Shown here in pieces: positions 29,738 through 39,769 of a stretch of 64,000 nt of DNA. The translations under genes were made by a program, and so were the position numbers. Under the pieces are notes generated by a model. That model made no database searches. It was not told the origin of the DNA and saw only the letters and a list, made by a program, of their open reading frames with translations. Every line of letters starts with the position of its first letter. Within the stretch, counting starts at the first letter, position 1. Source of the stretch: Escherichia phage VEc74; sequence record MT932213.1; one strand, 5' to 3'.

Positions 29738-29766
29738 GTAATTTCCTTCAATTCAAATGAGATTTA

Positions 29767-29792
29767 ATTTTATAACTAATTTAATAAAGCAA
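29767..29792 (-). promoter_or_regulatory. middle-promoter candidate (MotA box TTGCTTTA)
   Basis: TTGCTTTA followed 11-12 bp later by TAAAAT/TATAAA upstream of gene 45. Confidence 0.35.
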
Positions 29793-30182
29793 TTAACGAT
29801 TAAAATCAGCTGCGATTGTTTCGGCAACAATTTGAGCAGCAACAATCAGACGTTCATCTGCATTACCGCAATAATCATCTTCAAGACGTTCACCACATGA
29901 AGTCATAATAAATTTAGCACCGGCGTTTAGGGATTCTGCAGTATGTTTGCGCATTAGTTCAATCCATTTATTACTTACTTCACGATCGATAGCTTCATAA
30001 TACGCATGACGAGCAGGTGCAGATTTAATTTTATTCTGAATAACTTCCATTGCGTTATCAGAAAGAGACAAAACCCATGCTCGACGAATTTTATTTTGGT
30101 TTTGTGGATTTGATTCAGAACGCACGTGTTTTGGCTGAATATCTTTTACATCAACAGTATAATTCACAGTAATTTTAGTCAT
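29793..30182 (-). CDS. rpbA: RNA polymerase-binding protein RpbA
   Basis: 129-aa ORF between gene 45 and gene 46. Confidence 0.55.
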   Translation of the reverse strand: MTKITVNYTVDVKDIQPKHVRSESNPQNQNKIRRAWVLSLSDNAMEVIQNKIKSAPARHAYYEAIDREVSNKWIELMRKHTAESLNAGAKFIMTSCGERLEDDYCGNADERLIVAAQIVAETIAADFNR

Positions 30183-30191
30183 AATACACCT

Positions 30192-30380
30192 TTAGTCATA
30201 ATAATCAGTAACAGTCCAAGCTTCATTTCTATTGGACATTATTTTCGTATATTCTGCTTTAAATGCATTCTTAAGCATAGATTCAGTAACTATATGCTCT
30301 TCATTAGAAAAATTATTTCTCAGAATATATCGTTTTATTTCAGGAATAGTTAATAGATGCTGTCCAGTTGAATATTCCAT
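30192..30380 (-). CDS. hypothetical protein
   Basis: 62-aa ORF. Confidence 0.4.
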   Translation of the reverse strand: MEYSTGQHLLTIPEIKRYILRNNFSNEEHIVTESMLKNAFKAEYTKIMSNRNEAWTVTDYYD

Positions 30381-30435
30381 GTTTTTCCTCCATAGAGATT
30401 ATACTCTAATAAATTAAAGCATAATCTCTTATAAA

Positions 30436-32118
30436 TTAAACCATTACAGTAAATCGACCAACTTTTTTCATTTGAAGATGCTGACCATATGCTTGTGGGT
30501 CATGGTCTCTATGTGAAATAACAAAAACATTAGTATTTTTTAAACTATCTAAAATAGTTGAAATAGCTTTTACGCCTTCAACATCAGTTGCTGAATCAAA
30601 AACTTCATCAAGAATTAGTGTGTTTATTTTAACACCTGAAACTTTTTCAGCAATATCGCGCCAAGTAAATAAAAGAGCAATATCAATTCGTGCTTTTTCA
30701 CCTTGACTAAATGAAGCATAACTAAAATCTTCACGACCACGGGATTTAATTGTCTCATTAAATTCTTCATCTAATGTAAACACATAATCCGCTTCCATTA
30801 TTTTAAGATAATGGTTAATCTGCTTATTAAATAATGGAATGTACTTTTTAATAATAGCACCTTTAATACCAGAATCTTTGAGCATATCAGTCAAAATTCC
30901 TCTGTGGTATTTTTCCATTACTAAATTAGTTTTTGTCTTAACAATTTTATCAAGTTCTTCTTGAAGCAGTGCTATTTCATCGGCATGGTCAATAAACTCA
31001 GATGATGCTTTTTCTATAGCCGCTTTAACTTTTTTAGCTTTATCTACCGTCGTGATTAGAGATTGCTTTTTATTGCGAATATCATTTGCCAACGTCTGCT
31101 GGGTTTTAATATTATCTCGGTATTCATCAACAAGAACTTTTAAATTATCACGGTGTGTTGAAAGCTGTTCAAACGAATGCGTGCATTCAGAAACTTTATC
31201 TTTAATTTTAGAAACAACTTTATCACCGGAACTTAATTGTGACAAACAGGTTGGACATAATCCACCTTCGTGATACATATTAATGACTTTATTATACGAG
31301 TCAATTTTTGATTTAATTAAAAATGCTTCTTGGCCGATTTTATTAAATGCATCAGTCGGGTCTTCATCCAAAACAATATTAACTAATCTTTCATTAGCTT
31401 CTTCTATTTCCGATTTTAGCGTTCTAGCTTCCTTTGCCAAATCGTCATACATATTCTGTAGACGAGTAAGGTTGTCACCAGACAATTTTTTCTGTCGTTC
31501 AACATTATCGTTATATATTTTAATTTGTTGGATAATACTATCTTTTTTAACATCAAGCACTTGGTTTTGTGAATTTAATTCACGTATTAGTGCTTTATTA
31601 AGCTTATCCATTTCAGCTAATGTTCCTACCTCGAGCAGGTCTTCGACAAGTTTTCTTCTTGCAGGAGTGGATAGGCCCATAAAAGGGGTATATCCAGCCG
31701 TGCCGAGTACGACGATCTGTTTGAAACTGGCGTATGACATTCCGATAAGCTGTTCAAATTCTGCTTGGAAATCTTTACTGCTGGCAGATTCATTAAGACG
31801 TGTACCGTTAACGGTGATTTCGAAAACATTTGGTTTTTGTCCTCTTTTAATATAGTATTTTTTCTCATCATATTCCATCCACAATTCAACTAAAAGTTCT
31901 TTCTTATTTGTACTGTTTATTAATTGGCCTTTCTTTACATCACGAAATGGCTTGCCAAAAAGCCCAAATGTGATGGCTTCTAACATAGTAGACTTTCCAC
32001 CGCCATTTCGTCCAGTAATAAGAGTTTTTTGAACCTTATCTAATTGAATGTCAATAGGATTTCCACCTACTGACATTATATTTTGATACCTAACTCGGTT
32101 TAGTTTAAAATTCTTCAC
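30436..32118 (-). CDS. 46: recombination endonuclease subunit gp46 (Rad50/SbcC-like ATPase)
   Basis: 560-aa ORF with Walker A GRNGGGKST, central coiled coil with CPTC zinc hook, and C-terminal signature/Walker B. Confidence 0.9.
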   Translation of the reverse strand: MKNFKLNRVRYQNIMSVGGNPIDIQLDKVQKTLITGRNGGGKSTMLEAITFGLFGKPFRDVKKGQLINSTNKKELLVELWMEYDEKKYYIKRGQKPNVFEITVNGTRLNESASSKDFQAEFEQLIGMSYASFKQIVVLGTAGYTPFMGLSTPARRKLVEDLLEVGTLAEMDKLNKALIRELNSQNQVLDVKKDSIIQQIKIYNDNVERQKKLSGDNLTRLQNMYDDLAKEARTLKSEIEEANERLVNIVLDEDPTDAFNKIGQEAFLIKSKIDSYNKVINMYHEGGLCPTCLSQLSSGDKVVSKIKDKVSECTHSFEQLSTHRDNLKVLVDEYRDNIKTQQTLANDIRNKKQSLITTVDKAKKVKAAIEKASSEFIDHADEIALLQEELDKIVKTKTNLVMEKYHRGILTDMLKDSGIKGAIIKKYIPLFNKQINHYLKIMEADYVFTLDEEFNETIKSRGREDFSYASFSQGEKARIDIALLFTWRDIAEKVSGVKINTLILDEVFDSATDVEGVKAISTILDSLKNTNVFVISHRDHDPQAYGQHLQMKKVGRFTVMV

Positions 32119-32330
32119 AAAAGATTCCTTTTAATGTATCTTTTAGACCATTCTATCATATCATCATAATCTAAAAAGTATTCATCAAATTCAGCCATGC
32201 AAACAACACCTTGTGCTGCTTTTGATGTGATATAAATTATTCCAACATATCTAGAATCTTCTTCGGTGTAATCAATATTTGCTATGAATTCATCGTTAAT
32301 GTCAAATGTCGAAAACTTCACAGTATGCAT
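32115..32330 (-). CDS. hypothetical protein (46.1 position)
   Basis: ORF starting at the internal ATG (MHTVKF). Confidence 0.4.
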   Translation of the reverse strand: MHTVKFSTFDINDEFIANIDYTEEDSRYVGIIYITSKAAQGVVCMAEFDEYFLDYDDMIEWSKRYIKRNLL

Positions 32331-32565
32331 CCTTAATACAAGATACAGCCATATCTTGTAATGATTTAGGTGTGTCATTATCTAAAATGTTGAAGTTAAA
32401 AGATACAGCCCAGTCAGTGCAGACCGTAACCTTTTTAATACAATTATCTTCAACCTCTAGTGGTTCAAACCAGTATTCAATAATTTCTTTATGCCCAATA
32501 TCATCTTTTACTTCGCATTCAAAATGCTGACTCATCATAACATTTTTAAATTCATCAAAAGTCAT
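32302..32565 (-). CDS. hypothetical protein (46.2 position)
   Basis: 87-aa ORF. Confidence 0.4.
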   Translation of the reverse strand: MTFDEFKNVMMSQHFECEVKDDIGHKEIIEYWFEPLEVEDNCIKKVTVCTDWAVSFNFNILDNDTPKSLQDMAVSCIKDAYCEVFDI

Positions 32566-33581
32566 TGTGTTGCCTCTACATATAACTGATTTGCATATTG
32601 AATAAGTGCTTCGCGATCAGAATCAGTGATGTCTGGAATTGCATTAATGTATTCTTCCATCAACGTCTGAAGAGATTGAACTTCAACCTCTTCGCTATCA
32701 TCTGACTCGACAGAGTTATCAATCTTTGACACAACTCGTAATGAATGCACAACTTTTTCTAGTTCAGATTCGAACTTCGTCAGATTTTTGTCTACCTCAG
32801 TTACTATAACACGTACTGATAGATTTGTAAAATCTTTATAGTCAATTTTTCCCTTAAATGGATATTGAATTCGACGATGCCAGGTAGTGTTGTTTGGAAT
32901 AAATTCCATTCGTTCTGTTTCTGTATCAAACATCCAGAACCCACGAGGGTCATTCTCGTCACCTGCTGTTAGTGTCCATGGTGTCCCAATATATCTGACG
33001 TTAGCAGCCTCAGAGATAGTATGGAAGTGACCAGACCACACCTCTTTATAAGTCTTAAGGAAATCAGGTTCAAGACCGTGAGATTTCATTCCTTTATAAA
33101 AATAAAATCCATTCAGCTCCCAATGACCAACACAAAAAGAAGCAGATGAAGTTTTGATGTGTTCAAGAATTTCACCAGTATTTTCTTCACACATCCAAGG
33201 AATTAAATCAATCAAGCATCCGTCAAAATCTACTGTAGTAGGCTTATCATATACTTTAACATTAGGATATTTAGCTAAAAGCTCAGTAGAAGCATTTGGA
33301 GTTAAAGTATTTTTAAAGTGCATATCATGGTTTCCTACAACAGTATGTAGGGTAATACCAGCATCATCAAGCATTTGAACTATTTCACGGGCAAACTCCA
33401 TAGTTTTATGTGTGATTGCTTTTCGCACATCAAAAATATCGCCGTATTGAATCCATGTAGTAATTCCGTTTTTCTTAGAATATTCTATCGCTTGCTTAAT
33501 TCCATCTAATTGGATTGATTGAATCCACTCATCATCAGCTTTAACGCCTAAATGCCAATCACCTAAATTTAAAATTTTCAT
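32562..33581 (-). CDS. 47: recombination endonuclease subunit gp47 (Mre11/SbcD-like phosphoesterase)
   Basis: 339-aa ORF with metallophosphatase motifs (GDWH, GNHD). Confidence 0.9.
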   Translation of the reverse strand: MKILNLGDWHLGVKADDEWIQSIQLDGIKQAIEYSKKNGITTWIQYGDIFDVRKAITHKTMEFAREIVQMLDDAGITLHTVVGNHDMHFKNTLTPNASTELLAKYPNVKVYDKPTTVDFDGCLIDLIPWMCEENTGEILEHIKTSSASFCVGHWELNGFYFYKGMKSHGLEPDFLKTYKEVWSGHFHTISEAANVRYIGTPWTLTAGDENDPRGFWMFDTETERMEFIPNNTTWHRRIQYPFKGKIDYKDFTNLSVRVIVTEVDKNLTKFESELEKVVHSLRVVSKIDNSVESDDSEEVEVQSLQTLMEEYINAIPDITDSDREALIQYANQLYVEATQ

Positions 33582-33718
33582 ATATCAAGAACCGTCATTG
33601 AAATGCAAAATAAAATTATTGAAATAAATCCATCTGGAGTGCTAAAGAACCCAATCCAACATGCTCTAGTGAATAGATAAAATGCGAGAAAAAGTATCAC
33701 ATATCCAAGAAATATCAT
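33578..33718 (-). CDS. small hydrophobic peptide
   Basis: 46-aa ORF MIFLGYVILFLAFYLF..., stop overlaps the gp47 ATG; hand-translated. Confidence 0.35.
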   Translation of the reverse strand: MIFLGYVILFLAFYLFTRACWIGFFSTPDGFISIILFCISMTVLDI

Positions 33719-33741
33719 TATATCAAACTCCGTATAAAGCT

Positions 33742-33759
33742 AAAGGGCCGAAGCCCTTT
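33742..33759 (-). terminator. GC hairpin (GGGC-UUCG-GCCC) overlapping the alpha-gt stop
   Basis: inverted repeat followed by UUUAGCUUUAUA. Confidence 0.45.
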
Positions 33760-34960
33760 ATTTTGTAATAATGTCAAACTGCTCTTTAAAGCAGAAGCTT
33801 GAATCTTGATGCTGATACAAAAATTCATAAGCTTTTTCGCGTTCACGGTCATAAAGAGCTCGGTCAGATGACAGTTCTTTAATACGTTCAAATGTTGATT
33901 CCATGTCATTTTCATCAAACCAAACGATACCGCTATCGTGCGAAATTAATGGAGTATTATCAACACGGAATTTTAAATTTTCGCCAGTAGATTTCCAAAA
34001 TACTGGAATTGTTCCACATGCACCAAGCTCGAGATGAGTATATTCTAAAGAACGCTGTAGATATTTTTTATCTAATTTACTCAGCTGATAACCAAATCCG
34101 GATTTACTCATGCGTTCAAGCATTTCGCTATTTACATAACGGTCGAGAATTTGCGTCGGCAAATTAGGAGCAATTTTAATTTGGTCTACTTGATGAAGAC
34201 GATAATACTCGTATGGAATTCCTTTTTCTTTAATAGGAATGAACGCTGGAGAACGTTCCAGACCTTCCATAATAGTACTTAGTCCTGCAGGTTTAAGATG
34301 TTTTTCGTGAAAATCAAACATCTGATAAAAGCCTTTCCATGTAGTAGTACGACCAATCCAACGATTGATATTCATGTTAATTTCAGAAACATCTTTCCAG
34401 TAGGTTGATCGAACCTTCGCAATATCCATGGGAGGCTGAAAGTTATATACGGTCGGTGCTTCTTCAATATCATCAAATAGAGAAACAGTTTCCGGATACC
34501 ATTCTTTCATCAGAACTTTATTAAAATCACCATTATCAGAATGGCTAAAAATAACATCAGCCCGACGAACAGTTTCTTCTAATCCCAAATTTCGACGCAA
34601 AGAAAGAGAAGAATGGTCATGCTGATAAACTACAACACGAACCGAAGGTTTAATGTTATCAATAATTTTTTTATAGTTATTAATGGTGTCTTCTTCAACT
34701 GAAGTAGCAGGAACTGAATTGATAACTAGAATATCACAATCATTTACCAGCTTAAGCGTTTTATCGTATTCTTTTGCCAATAAAACCGGAATTGAAAATG
34801 ATTTATAATCATGCGCGCAATTACGAGTAAATGATTTATCTTTAGCATAAACCAAAGTTACTTCATGACCATTTTTAATAAACCAATCACGCTGCTCAAG
34901 AGAAAATTTAGTTACACCGCAACCTTCAAGACCTCGAGCCATAAAAATGCATACTTTCAT
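33758..34960 (-). CDS. agt: DNA alpha-glucosyltransferase
   Basis: 400-aa ORF; length and position (between 47 and 55) match T4 alpha-gt. Confidence 0.8.
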   Translation of the reverse strand: MKVCIFMARGLEGCGVTKFSLEQRDWFIKNGHEVTLVYAKDKSFTRNCAHDYKSFSIPVLLAKEYDKTLKLVNDCDILVINSVPATSVEEDTINNYKKIIDNIKPSVRVVVYQHDHSSLSLRRNLGLEETVRRADVIFSHSDNGDFNKVLMKEWYPETVSLFDDIEEAPTVYNFQPPMDIAKVRSTYWKDVSEINMNINRWIGRTTTWKGFYQMFDFHEKHLKPAGLSTIMEGLERSPAFIPIKEKGIPYEYYRLHQVDQIKIAPNLPTQILDRYVNSEMLERMSKSGFGYQLSKLDKKYLQRSLEYTHLELGACGTIPVFWKSTGENLKFRVDNTPLISHDSGIVWFDENDMESTFERIKELSSDRALYDREREKAYEFLYQHQDSSFCFKEQFDIITK

Positions 34961-34984
34961 TTAATATCCTCATTGTTTTGGTTT

Positions 34985-35009
34985 ATTTTACCAAAAATTT
35001 ATAAAGCAA
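34985..35009 (-). promoter_or_regulatory. middle-promoter candidate (MotA box TTGCTTTA, TAAAAT)
   Basis: box and -10 correctly spaced, about 25 nt upstream of the alpha-gt ATG. Confidence 0.3.
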
Positions 35010-35026
35010 TATAGGAGCCGAGGCTC

Positions 35027-35200
35027 CTATCCGCATAATACGCCATACAGAGGCTCATTAGAGCTTCTAAATTTTATGCGCTTATATGTTATAGTTCCTT
35101 CTGCTTTAGCTTTATCGTGAGCCTCTTTAAAGCGTCTCATCATTTCTACTTTAGAGGAACGAATTTTATTATAATCTATTTCAGAAGTCTGGGTGTTCAT
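35027..35200 (-). CDS. small basic protein
   Basis: 57-aa ORF, hand-translated; its stop overlaps a GGAGC/GCUCC hairpin. Confidence 0.35.
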   Translation of the reverse strand: MNTQTSEIDYNKIRSSKVEMMRRFKEAHDKAKAEGTITYKRIKFRSSNEPLYGVLCG

Positions 35201-35203
35201 CTT

Positions 35204-35410
35204 TCACAGTTGCCACCATTTTTTGACTTGATAAGAATCAACCCACACTTTCATATTAGGGTCTGCTCTTACAATAGGAGGATTAACTTCTTTAATTGAA
35301 CTATCATGGTATTCTTTTTCAGAAATTTTCACACAAAGATGACCGTTCAAAGATTCAGTAAATCCTGCATTAATTTTAAGACGCTTGAATTTTACGTGTG
35401 TAAGCATCAA
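35204..35410 (-). CDS. hypothetical protein
   Basis: 68-aa ORF. Confidence 0.35.
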   Translation of the reverse strand: MMLTHVKFKRLKINAGFTESLNGHLCVKISEKEYHDSSIKEVNPPIVRADPNMKVWVDSYQVKKWWQL

Positions 35411-35693
35411 TCATATCCTCAATCTGCGATCTAGTAGTCTTCCAAAGAATACTAATGAGTTCATCATTATATGGCTGTTTTAGAATATCCCGACTTTTCT
35501 TGATAGCATATTCGTATTGAGCAAAATTATTGTTTTCAGCTGCAATTTGAGCGTGTTTATAAAGACGGTTCAGTTCGCGTTTGTTTTTAGACAATAACTT
35601 ATTTGCTTTTCTTTCTGCTTCAAGACGGTTCTTTTCTTCAATAGAAGAAATAAGCTTTTCCACTTCATCATTAATTTCGGGTTTATCAGTCAT
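35376..35693 (-). CDS. hypothetical protein
   Basis: 105-aa ORF. Confidence 0.45.
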   Translation of the reverse strand: MTDKPEINDEVEKLISSIEEKNRLEAERKANKLLSKNKRELNRLYKHAQIAAENNNFAQYEYAIKKSRDILKQPYNDELISILWKTTRSQIEDMIDAYTRKIQAS

Positions 35694-35694
35694 A

Positions 35695-35913
35695 TTATTT
35701 CTCTAATATAAAATAAAAATCATCATCTGTTAAATGATACCGATAGTTTAATTCTACACCATTAGATTTAAAAGCGGTATCATACGGATTTTCTGGATCA
35801 ATATCAATGTCAAGAGCTAAAACTTCCCTGAGATACATTTTAAGTAAATAGGGAATAGCTTCAACTTCAGGTATTTCTTCCAAGAATCCGGAGAGGTTAA
35901 TCGTTAGCCTCAT
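35695..35913 (-). CDS. hypothetical protein
   Basis: 72-aa ORF. Confidence 0.4.
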   Translation of the reverse strand: MRLTINLSGFLEEIPEVEAIPYLLKMYLREVLALDIDIDPENPYDTAFKSNGVELNYRYHLTDDDFYFILEK

Positions 35914-36460
35914 ATAAAAAATCCAAACTAGGAGAATCGTCTACAACACTTTTCTTTTCAGCCCCTGGTGTTCTATAGGTTGATTCTTCGTAATGCGTCA
36001 TTTTATCGTAGATGTCTTGAATAAAAGTTTCATCTACTAACGCAACCATATCGTCGTCACGACTGTCATAGACATTGTGAACGAAGTAACTATATTTCTT
36101 TGCAACTTCCTTACGTTCTTTTTTAATACGTTGGACGAATGCATTAAAACAAGCTTGAGTTATATATGCATGTGGGTTTTTATATTTCGTTTCATCAAAA
36201 TTATGAAGTCCCTTAATAGAAGCTTCTATACCATCTGCAATCATTTCTTGTTTCCAAGACTGGGTGTATCCTGAAAAGTTGAAACGTTTAGATAAGCCTT
36301 CTGCAATAAGCATAATGGCTAATCCGATAGTATCATTCTGACGAACTACTTTATTTGGGTCTTTATTATTTGCTAATTCTGTTTTCCAATCAATAATAGC
36401 TTGTAAAAGCTCTTTATTGTTTACGTAATTATATTTAGGCTTAGTTTCTGGCATTTTCAC
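35897..36460 (-). CDS. 55: late-transcription sigma factor gp55
   Basis: 187-aa ORF at the expected position; true start may be 2 codons downstream. Confidence 0.85.
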   Translation of the reverse strand: MKMPETKPKYNYVNNKELLQAIIDWKTELANNKDPNKVVRQNDTIGLAIMLIAEGLSKRFNFSGYTQSWKQEMIADGIEASIKGLHNFDETKYKNPHAYITQACFNAFVQRIKKERKEVAKKYSYFVHNVYDSRDDDMVALVDETFIQDIYDKMTHYEESTYRTPGAEKKSVVDDSPSLDFLYEAND

Positions 36461-36534
36461 CTCTTAGCTCAATTCATAGATCTATTATATCATAATATTT
36501 GAAGATCTATCTTAAAGCATAGAGGATGAATCAG

Positions 36535-36804
36535 CTATCTAAGTAAACAGTATGCTTGGAATACTTTCTCCATCATCTTTTTAAATTCATGAATATCTAT
36601 ATAATGACTAGTTAAATCAGCATGATATAAAAAGTCTAAAAACTTTTCATGTGTGCTAACATATTCGCTTTCATTTAATTCAGAAACATGGCTTTCCCAA
36701 TATCCAACACCAGTCTTATTTGGGAAAAATGAAATTTTCATGTATTGGTCAACATAGAAAATGCCATAATTTTCAATAGTAATAGAAATATTAATAAATT
36801 TCAT
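36535..36804 (-). CDS. hypothetical protein
   Basis: 89-aa ORF. Confidence 0.4.
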   Translation of the reverse strand: MKFINISITIENYGIFYVDQYMKISFFPNKTGVGYWESHVSELNESEYVSTHEKFLDFLYHADLTSHYIDIHEFKKMMEKVFQAYCLLR

Positions 36805-37016
36805 ACATTCATCAACTTAGCCGCTTCAAGAGCTGCATCTAGTGAATCAAATTGATCGACATATTCAATCAATTCGCCGTAATTAGCATATAACCACCAT
36901 TGGCTAAATTCATACTCAAGGATAAATCCATTTCCTTCAATTTGAGTTAAACCAATGCCATTTGTATTTACTTCATATCCGGCAAGACGCAAATCATTGA
37001 TAAGAGATTCATTCAT
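36801..37016 (-). CDS. hypothetical protein
   Basis: 71-aa ORF. Confidence 0.4.
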   Translation of the reverse strand: MNESLINDLRLAGYEVNTNGIGLTQIEGNGFILEYEFSQWWLYANYGELIEYVDQFDSLDAALEAAKLMNV

Positions 37017-37018
37017 AA

Positions 37019-37345
37019 TTATACCTTAGTAATTTTCAGATCAGCAAATTTTTTCTTGCGTTGATTTTTCATACGACGAATAGTTTTATCAGAAATTTCA
37101 TGCTTTTGATAAGCTTTAGATTCTACACCAAAAGCTTTAACATCAAATTCTGACAAGATATATTGAACCAACAATTCACGAATAGTATTTCGTCCAATTT
37201 TCTGATCATTCTGTTTCATCATCTGATGAAGCTCTTTTTCCCATTTATCCAAAATTTGAGGAGTTACAATATCGCCTTTTTCTAGCAGAGAAACTACTTT
37301 ATCATATGCATAAGAATTGATGGCGTTTTTAATTTGAATAGTCAT
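37019..37345 (-). CDS. hypothetical protein
   Basis: 108-aa ORF. Confidence 0.45.
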   Translation of the reverse strand: MTIQIKNAINSYAYDKVVSLLEKGDIVTPQILDKWEKELHQMMKQNDQKIGRNTIRELLVQYILSEFDVKAFGVESKAYQKHEISDKTIRRMKNQRKKKFADLKITKV

Positions 37346-37380
37346 ACATTATCCTCAATTGCGTTAAAATTTTATTATCC

Positions 37381-37400
37381 AAAAAGGGCCGAAGCCCTTA
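37381..37400 (-). terminator. GC hairpin (GGGC-UUCG-GCCC) followed by UUUUU
   Basis: inverted repeat overlapping the 37398 stop codon. Confidence 0.55.
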
Positions 37401-37598
37401 GCTAAACTGTTTGGCGCCCTTCCAGCCTTCGTACATCATTGCGGCTGATATTAATATTGCTCCTGCGCATTTTGAATATTTGTGATTCCAAAACCAGTTC
37501 AGAAAAACTTCGTCATCAATACCTTGTGCTATCATATTTTCAAAGAACTGACGACGAGCTTCAGCAATTCGCTGCGATAATTTAGATTCAGGATTCAT
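37398..37598 (-). CDS. hypothetical protein
   Basis: 66-aa ORF. Confidence 0.4.
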   Translation of the reverse strand: MNPESKLSQRIAEARRQFFENMIAQGIDDEVFLNWFWNHKYSKCAGAILISAAMMYEGWKGAKQFS

Positions 37599-37737
37599 TT
37601 AAATTTCCCAATTACCGTTTTCATCAATAAATTTAATCCAGTCATTTACTGACCATTTGGTCGTATCGCCTTTTGGAGAAACATTTAAAGTGTATAGCCC
37701 TTGCTTAAAAAGCATGCGTTTGATATTCATATTTTCC

Positions 37738-38031
37738 TCAGCTGTAACGATAACACTCGTTTGATTTACGTTTAGCAACTCGTTGAGAAGTATTATAATC
37801 AAAATCATCGTCAATGTAAACTGATTTTTTCAACTTTCTCACTTCGCCGCGTAATTGACGATTTAACTCATCTTTAACTTCTGAATCAATGCCTTTCATT
37901 CTACGCCATTTATCTGAGCGAAAAATGTTTTCAACCATATCTTTATGACTTACACCATCAGGAGCTTTACGCTTTCCGAAATAGTCATAATCACGCACTT
38001 TTAAGTCTTTACGACGATACGTTTTACCCAT
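37738..38031 (-). CDS. hypothetical basic protein
   Basis: ORF starting at the internal ATG (MGKTYRR); the ATG overlaps the stop of the upstream small ORF. Confidence 0.4.
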   Translation of the reverse strand: MGKTYRRKDLKVRDYDYFGKRKAPDGVSHKDMVENIFRSDKWRRMKGIDSEVKDELNRQLRGEVRKLKKSVYIDDDFDYNTSQRVAKRKSNECYRYS

Positions 38032-38200
38032 GGAGTTTAATTTCCTTAGCAACTGAACTAAATACAGCACGATCACAAATCATACGTTTGTTCCATTTAA
38101 TCACAGTATAATGAACATCTAGATCATCGACTGCTGTAACAATAACGATATGTCCGTTAACACGATAATACTGGTCAATTTTAATCTCTTTATCAACCAT
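38024..38200 (-). CDS. small hypothetical protein
   Basis: 58-aa ORF downstream of an early promoter; hand-translated. Confidence 0.35.
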   Translation of the reverse strand: MVDKEIKIDQYYRVNGHIVIVTAVDDLDVHYTVIKWNKRMICDRAVFSSVAKEIKLHG

Positions 38201-38230
38201 ATCAATTCCTCAAAGGTAATTCATATGTTA

Positions 38231-38260
38231 ATAATACCACGGTTTGAACTTGTTGTAAAC
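38231..38260 (-). promoter_or_regulatory. T4-type early promoter (part of a PeSL-like unit)
   Basis: GTTTAC, 17 bp, TGGTATTAT with an A/T-rich upstream element. Confidence 0.55.
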
Positions 38261-38340
38261 AACTTTGTGAAAAATATTTTAGGGAATGATAAGAAAGGAA
38301 CGATAGCTTAGAATGGTAATATACAGAATGTGAGAAAGAA

Positions 38341-38356
38341 AGGCCCAGAGGGCCAG
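38341..38356 (-). terminator. GC hairpin (GGCCC-UCU-GGGCC) followed by a UUUCUUUC tract
   Basis: inverted repeat directly 3' of the nrdH-like stop. Confidence 0.5.
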
Positions 38357-38358
38357 TC

Positions 38359-38682
38359 TTAATCTTCTATGATATCTCTATCATATCCAAGTGAAATGAG
38401 AGTTTCTTTGAAGTGTTTAATGTTCTTTTGTCTAGAATCATTAATGAAAATGACTGGATAACGAATGTTAAGAGATGTGAATCCAGCGCGTTTAGCAAGA
38501 GATACAATCAGCGGACGATCATACTCAATCTTACCATTATTTGTAAGAACTTTATAGAAAGTAAAAGGAGCATTGAGCTCCTTTAGAAGTTTTGTAACTG
38601 ATTGACATCCAGGACAACGACCTACTTCATCTGGAATTCCATAGACTTCAATCTTATTCTTTAAGTTCGAGTTTTGTTCCAC
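38359..38682 (-). CDS. nrdH: glutaredoxin-like protein NrdH
   Basis: CPGC active-site motif; start inferred at a GTG preceded by AAGGAA, since the tracked N-terminal extension overlaps the next ORF. Confidence 0.5.
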   Translation of the reverse strand: MEQNSNLKNKIEVYGIPDEVGRCPGCQSVTKLLKELNAPFTFYKVLTNNGKIEYDRPLIVSLAKRAGFTSLNIRYPVIFINDSRQKNIKHFKETLISLGYDRDIIED

Positions 38683-38965
38683 GAGAAATAATTCCTTGGT
38701 AAGCCCAATAAGGAGGATTAACAGAATCCTCACCAGAGTTTTCTTCAGGAAAATAAACCTGGATAACGAAGCCGGATTCATCAAAGGTGAAATAAGTAGT
38801 AGGCAGTTCACCTAACAAATCGGCACGAGCGTTGATTTCTTCGAGGTCTTGTTCACGTCCAGCCCAGAAGCTTGGGTTCAGACTACATTCATAGAAATAA
38901 TAGTCATTACCGAACATATCAAAACCATTCCAACTCTCTACTACATACCGCTCAAAACTAATCAT
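38654..38965 (-). CDS. hypothetical protein
   Basis: 103-aa ORF. Confidence 0.45.
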   Translation of the reverse strand: MISFERYVVESWNGFDMFGNDYYFYECSLNPSFWAGREQDLEEINARADLLGELPTTYFTFDESGFVIQVYFPEENSGEDSVNPPYWAYQGIISRGTKLELKE

Positions 38966-38967
38966 AA

Positions 38968-39183
38968 TTAAGCCTTTTTATCAAGAACCGCATTCAGCTT
39001 GTTAGTAATTTTATCCAGACGCTCATTGAACTCACTAGAAGATAAGCCCTTTTCTGGAGAAATTAAACTAATCACGAAAAATATAGCAATAAAAGGAATA
39101 AGGAAAATAGCTCCAACTGCCATAAACAGAAAGAATGTTACAGTTGTAAGAAAATCAGCTAAACCTTTACGAAATTTATACAT
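38968..39183 (-). CDS. small membrane protein
   Basis: 71-aa ORF with two hydrophobic segments. Confidence 0.45.
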   Translation of the reverse strand: MYKFRKGLADFLTTVTFFLFMAVGAIFLIPFIAIFFVISLISPEKGLSSSEFNERLDKITNKLNAVLDKKA

Positions 39184-39298
39184 ATTTTACCCTTAATTGA
39201 TTAACCAAGCATTGATAAGCACTAAACTATACTGCGAATAAAATTCTGGACCAAAATGAAAAATCATATCATTTATAGTATCCATAATATAATTCAAT

Positions 39299-39769
39299 TT
39301 AATCATGTTTCCACACCCCATCGGTATTTGACCAAAGTCGCTGATTATCTGATCCTCGCCACAGCTTTTTAGTCGGAAGATTTTTCTCATACTTCCCATC
39401 AATAATAACATCAACATATTTAAGCATTTCTAGTTGTTTAATATCTTCAAATTTATATCCTGTCCACAACCAAATGCTTTTATTGGGATAAAGATTTTTT
39501 ACTGTTTGAACGATGCAATGAATAACATCTCGGTTATCAGGATAGAGAGGGTCTCCTCCAGTTATAGTTAATCCTTCTATATAATCATTATTCAAACATT
39601 CAATTAATTGTTCTAGTGTTTCACCAGTGAATGGAATACCATTTCTAGCATTCCATGTTGATTTATTATAACACCCTTCACATTTATGCAAACAACCTGT
39701 AACGAAAAGAACGACCCTGCAACCAGGGCCATTCACAAAATCGCAAGGATAAAATCTATCATAATTCAT
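39299..39769 (-). CDS. nrdG: anaerobic ribonucleotide reductase activating protein NrdG (radical SAM)
   Basis: 156-aa ORF with a CxxxCxxC cluster (CLHKCEGC). Confidence 0.9.
   Translation of the reverse strand: MNYDRFYPCDFVNGPGCRVVLFVTGCLHKCEGCYNKSTWNARNGIPFTGETLEQLIECLNNDYIEGLTITGGDPLYPDNRDVIHCIVQTVKNLYPNKSIWLWTGYKFEDIKQLEMLKYVDVIIDGKYEKNLPTKKLWRGSDNQRLWSNTDGVWKHD

Noticed and set aside
31283-31855. 190-aa plus-strand ORF, and the many other plus-strand ORFs in the six-frame track (for example 1979-2227, 2969-3178, 4197-4607, 25635-25922)
   Set aside because: They lie entirely inside well-supported minus-strand genes (here gp46), have low-complexity Ser/Leu/Cys-rich translations typical of antisense shadow frames, and lack promoters or RBS.
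33718-33918. 66-aa minus-strand ORF
   Set aside because: It overlaps the C-terminal coding region of alpha-gt in another frame; the real small gene in this gap is the 46-aa ORF at 33578-33718.
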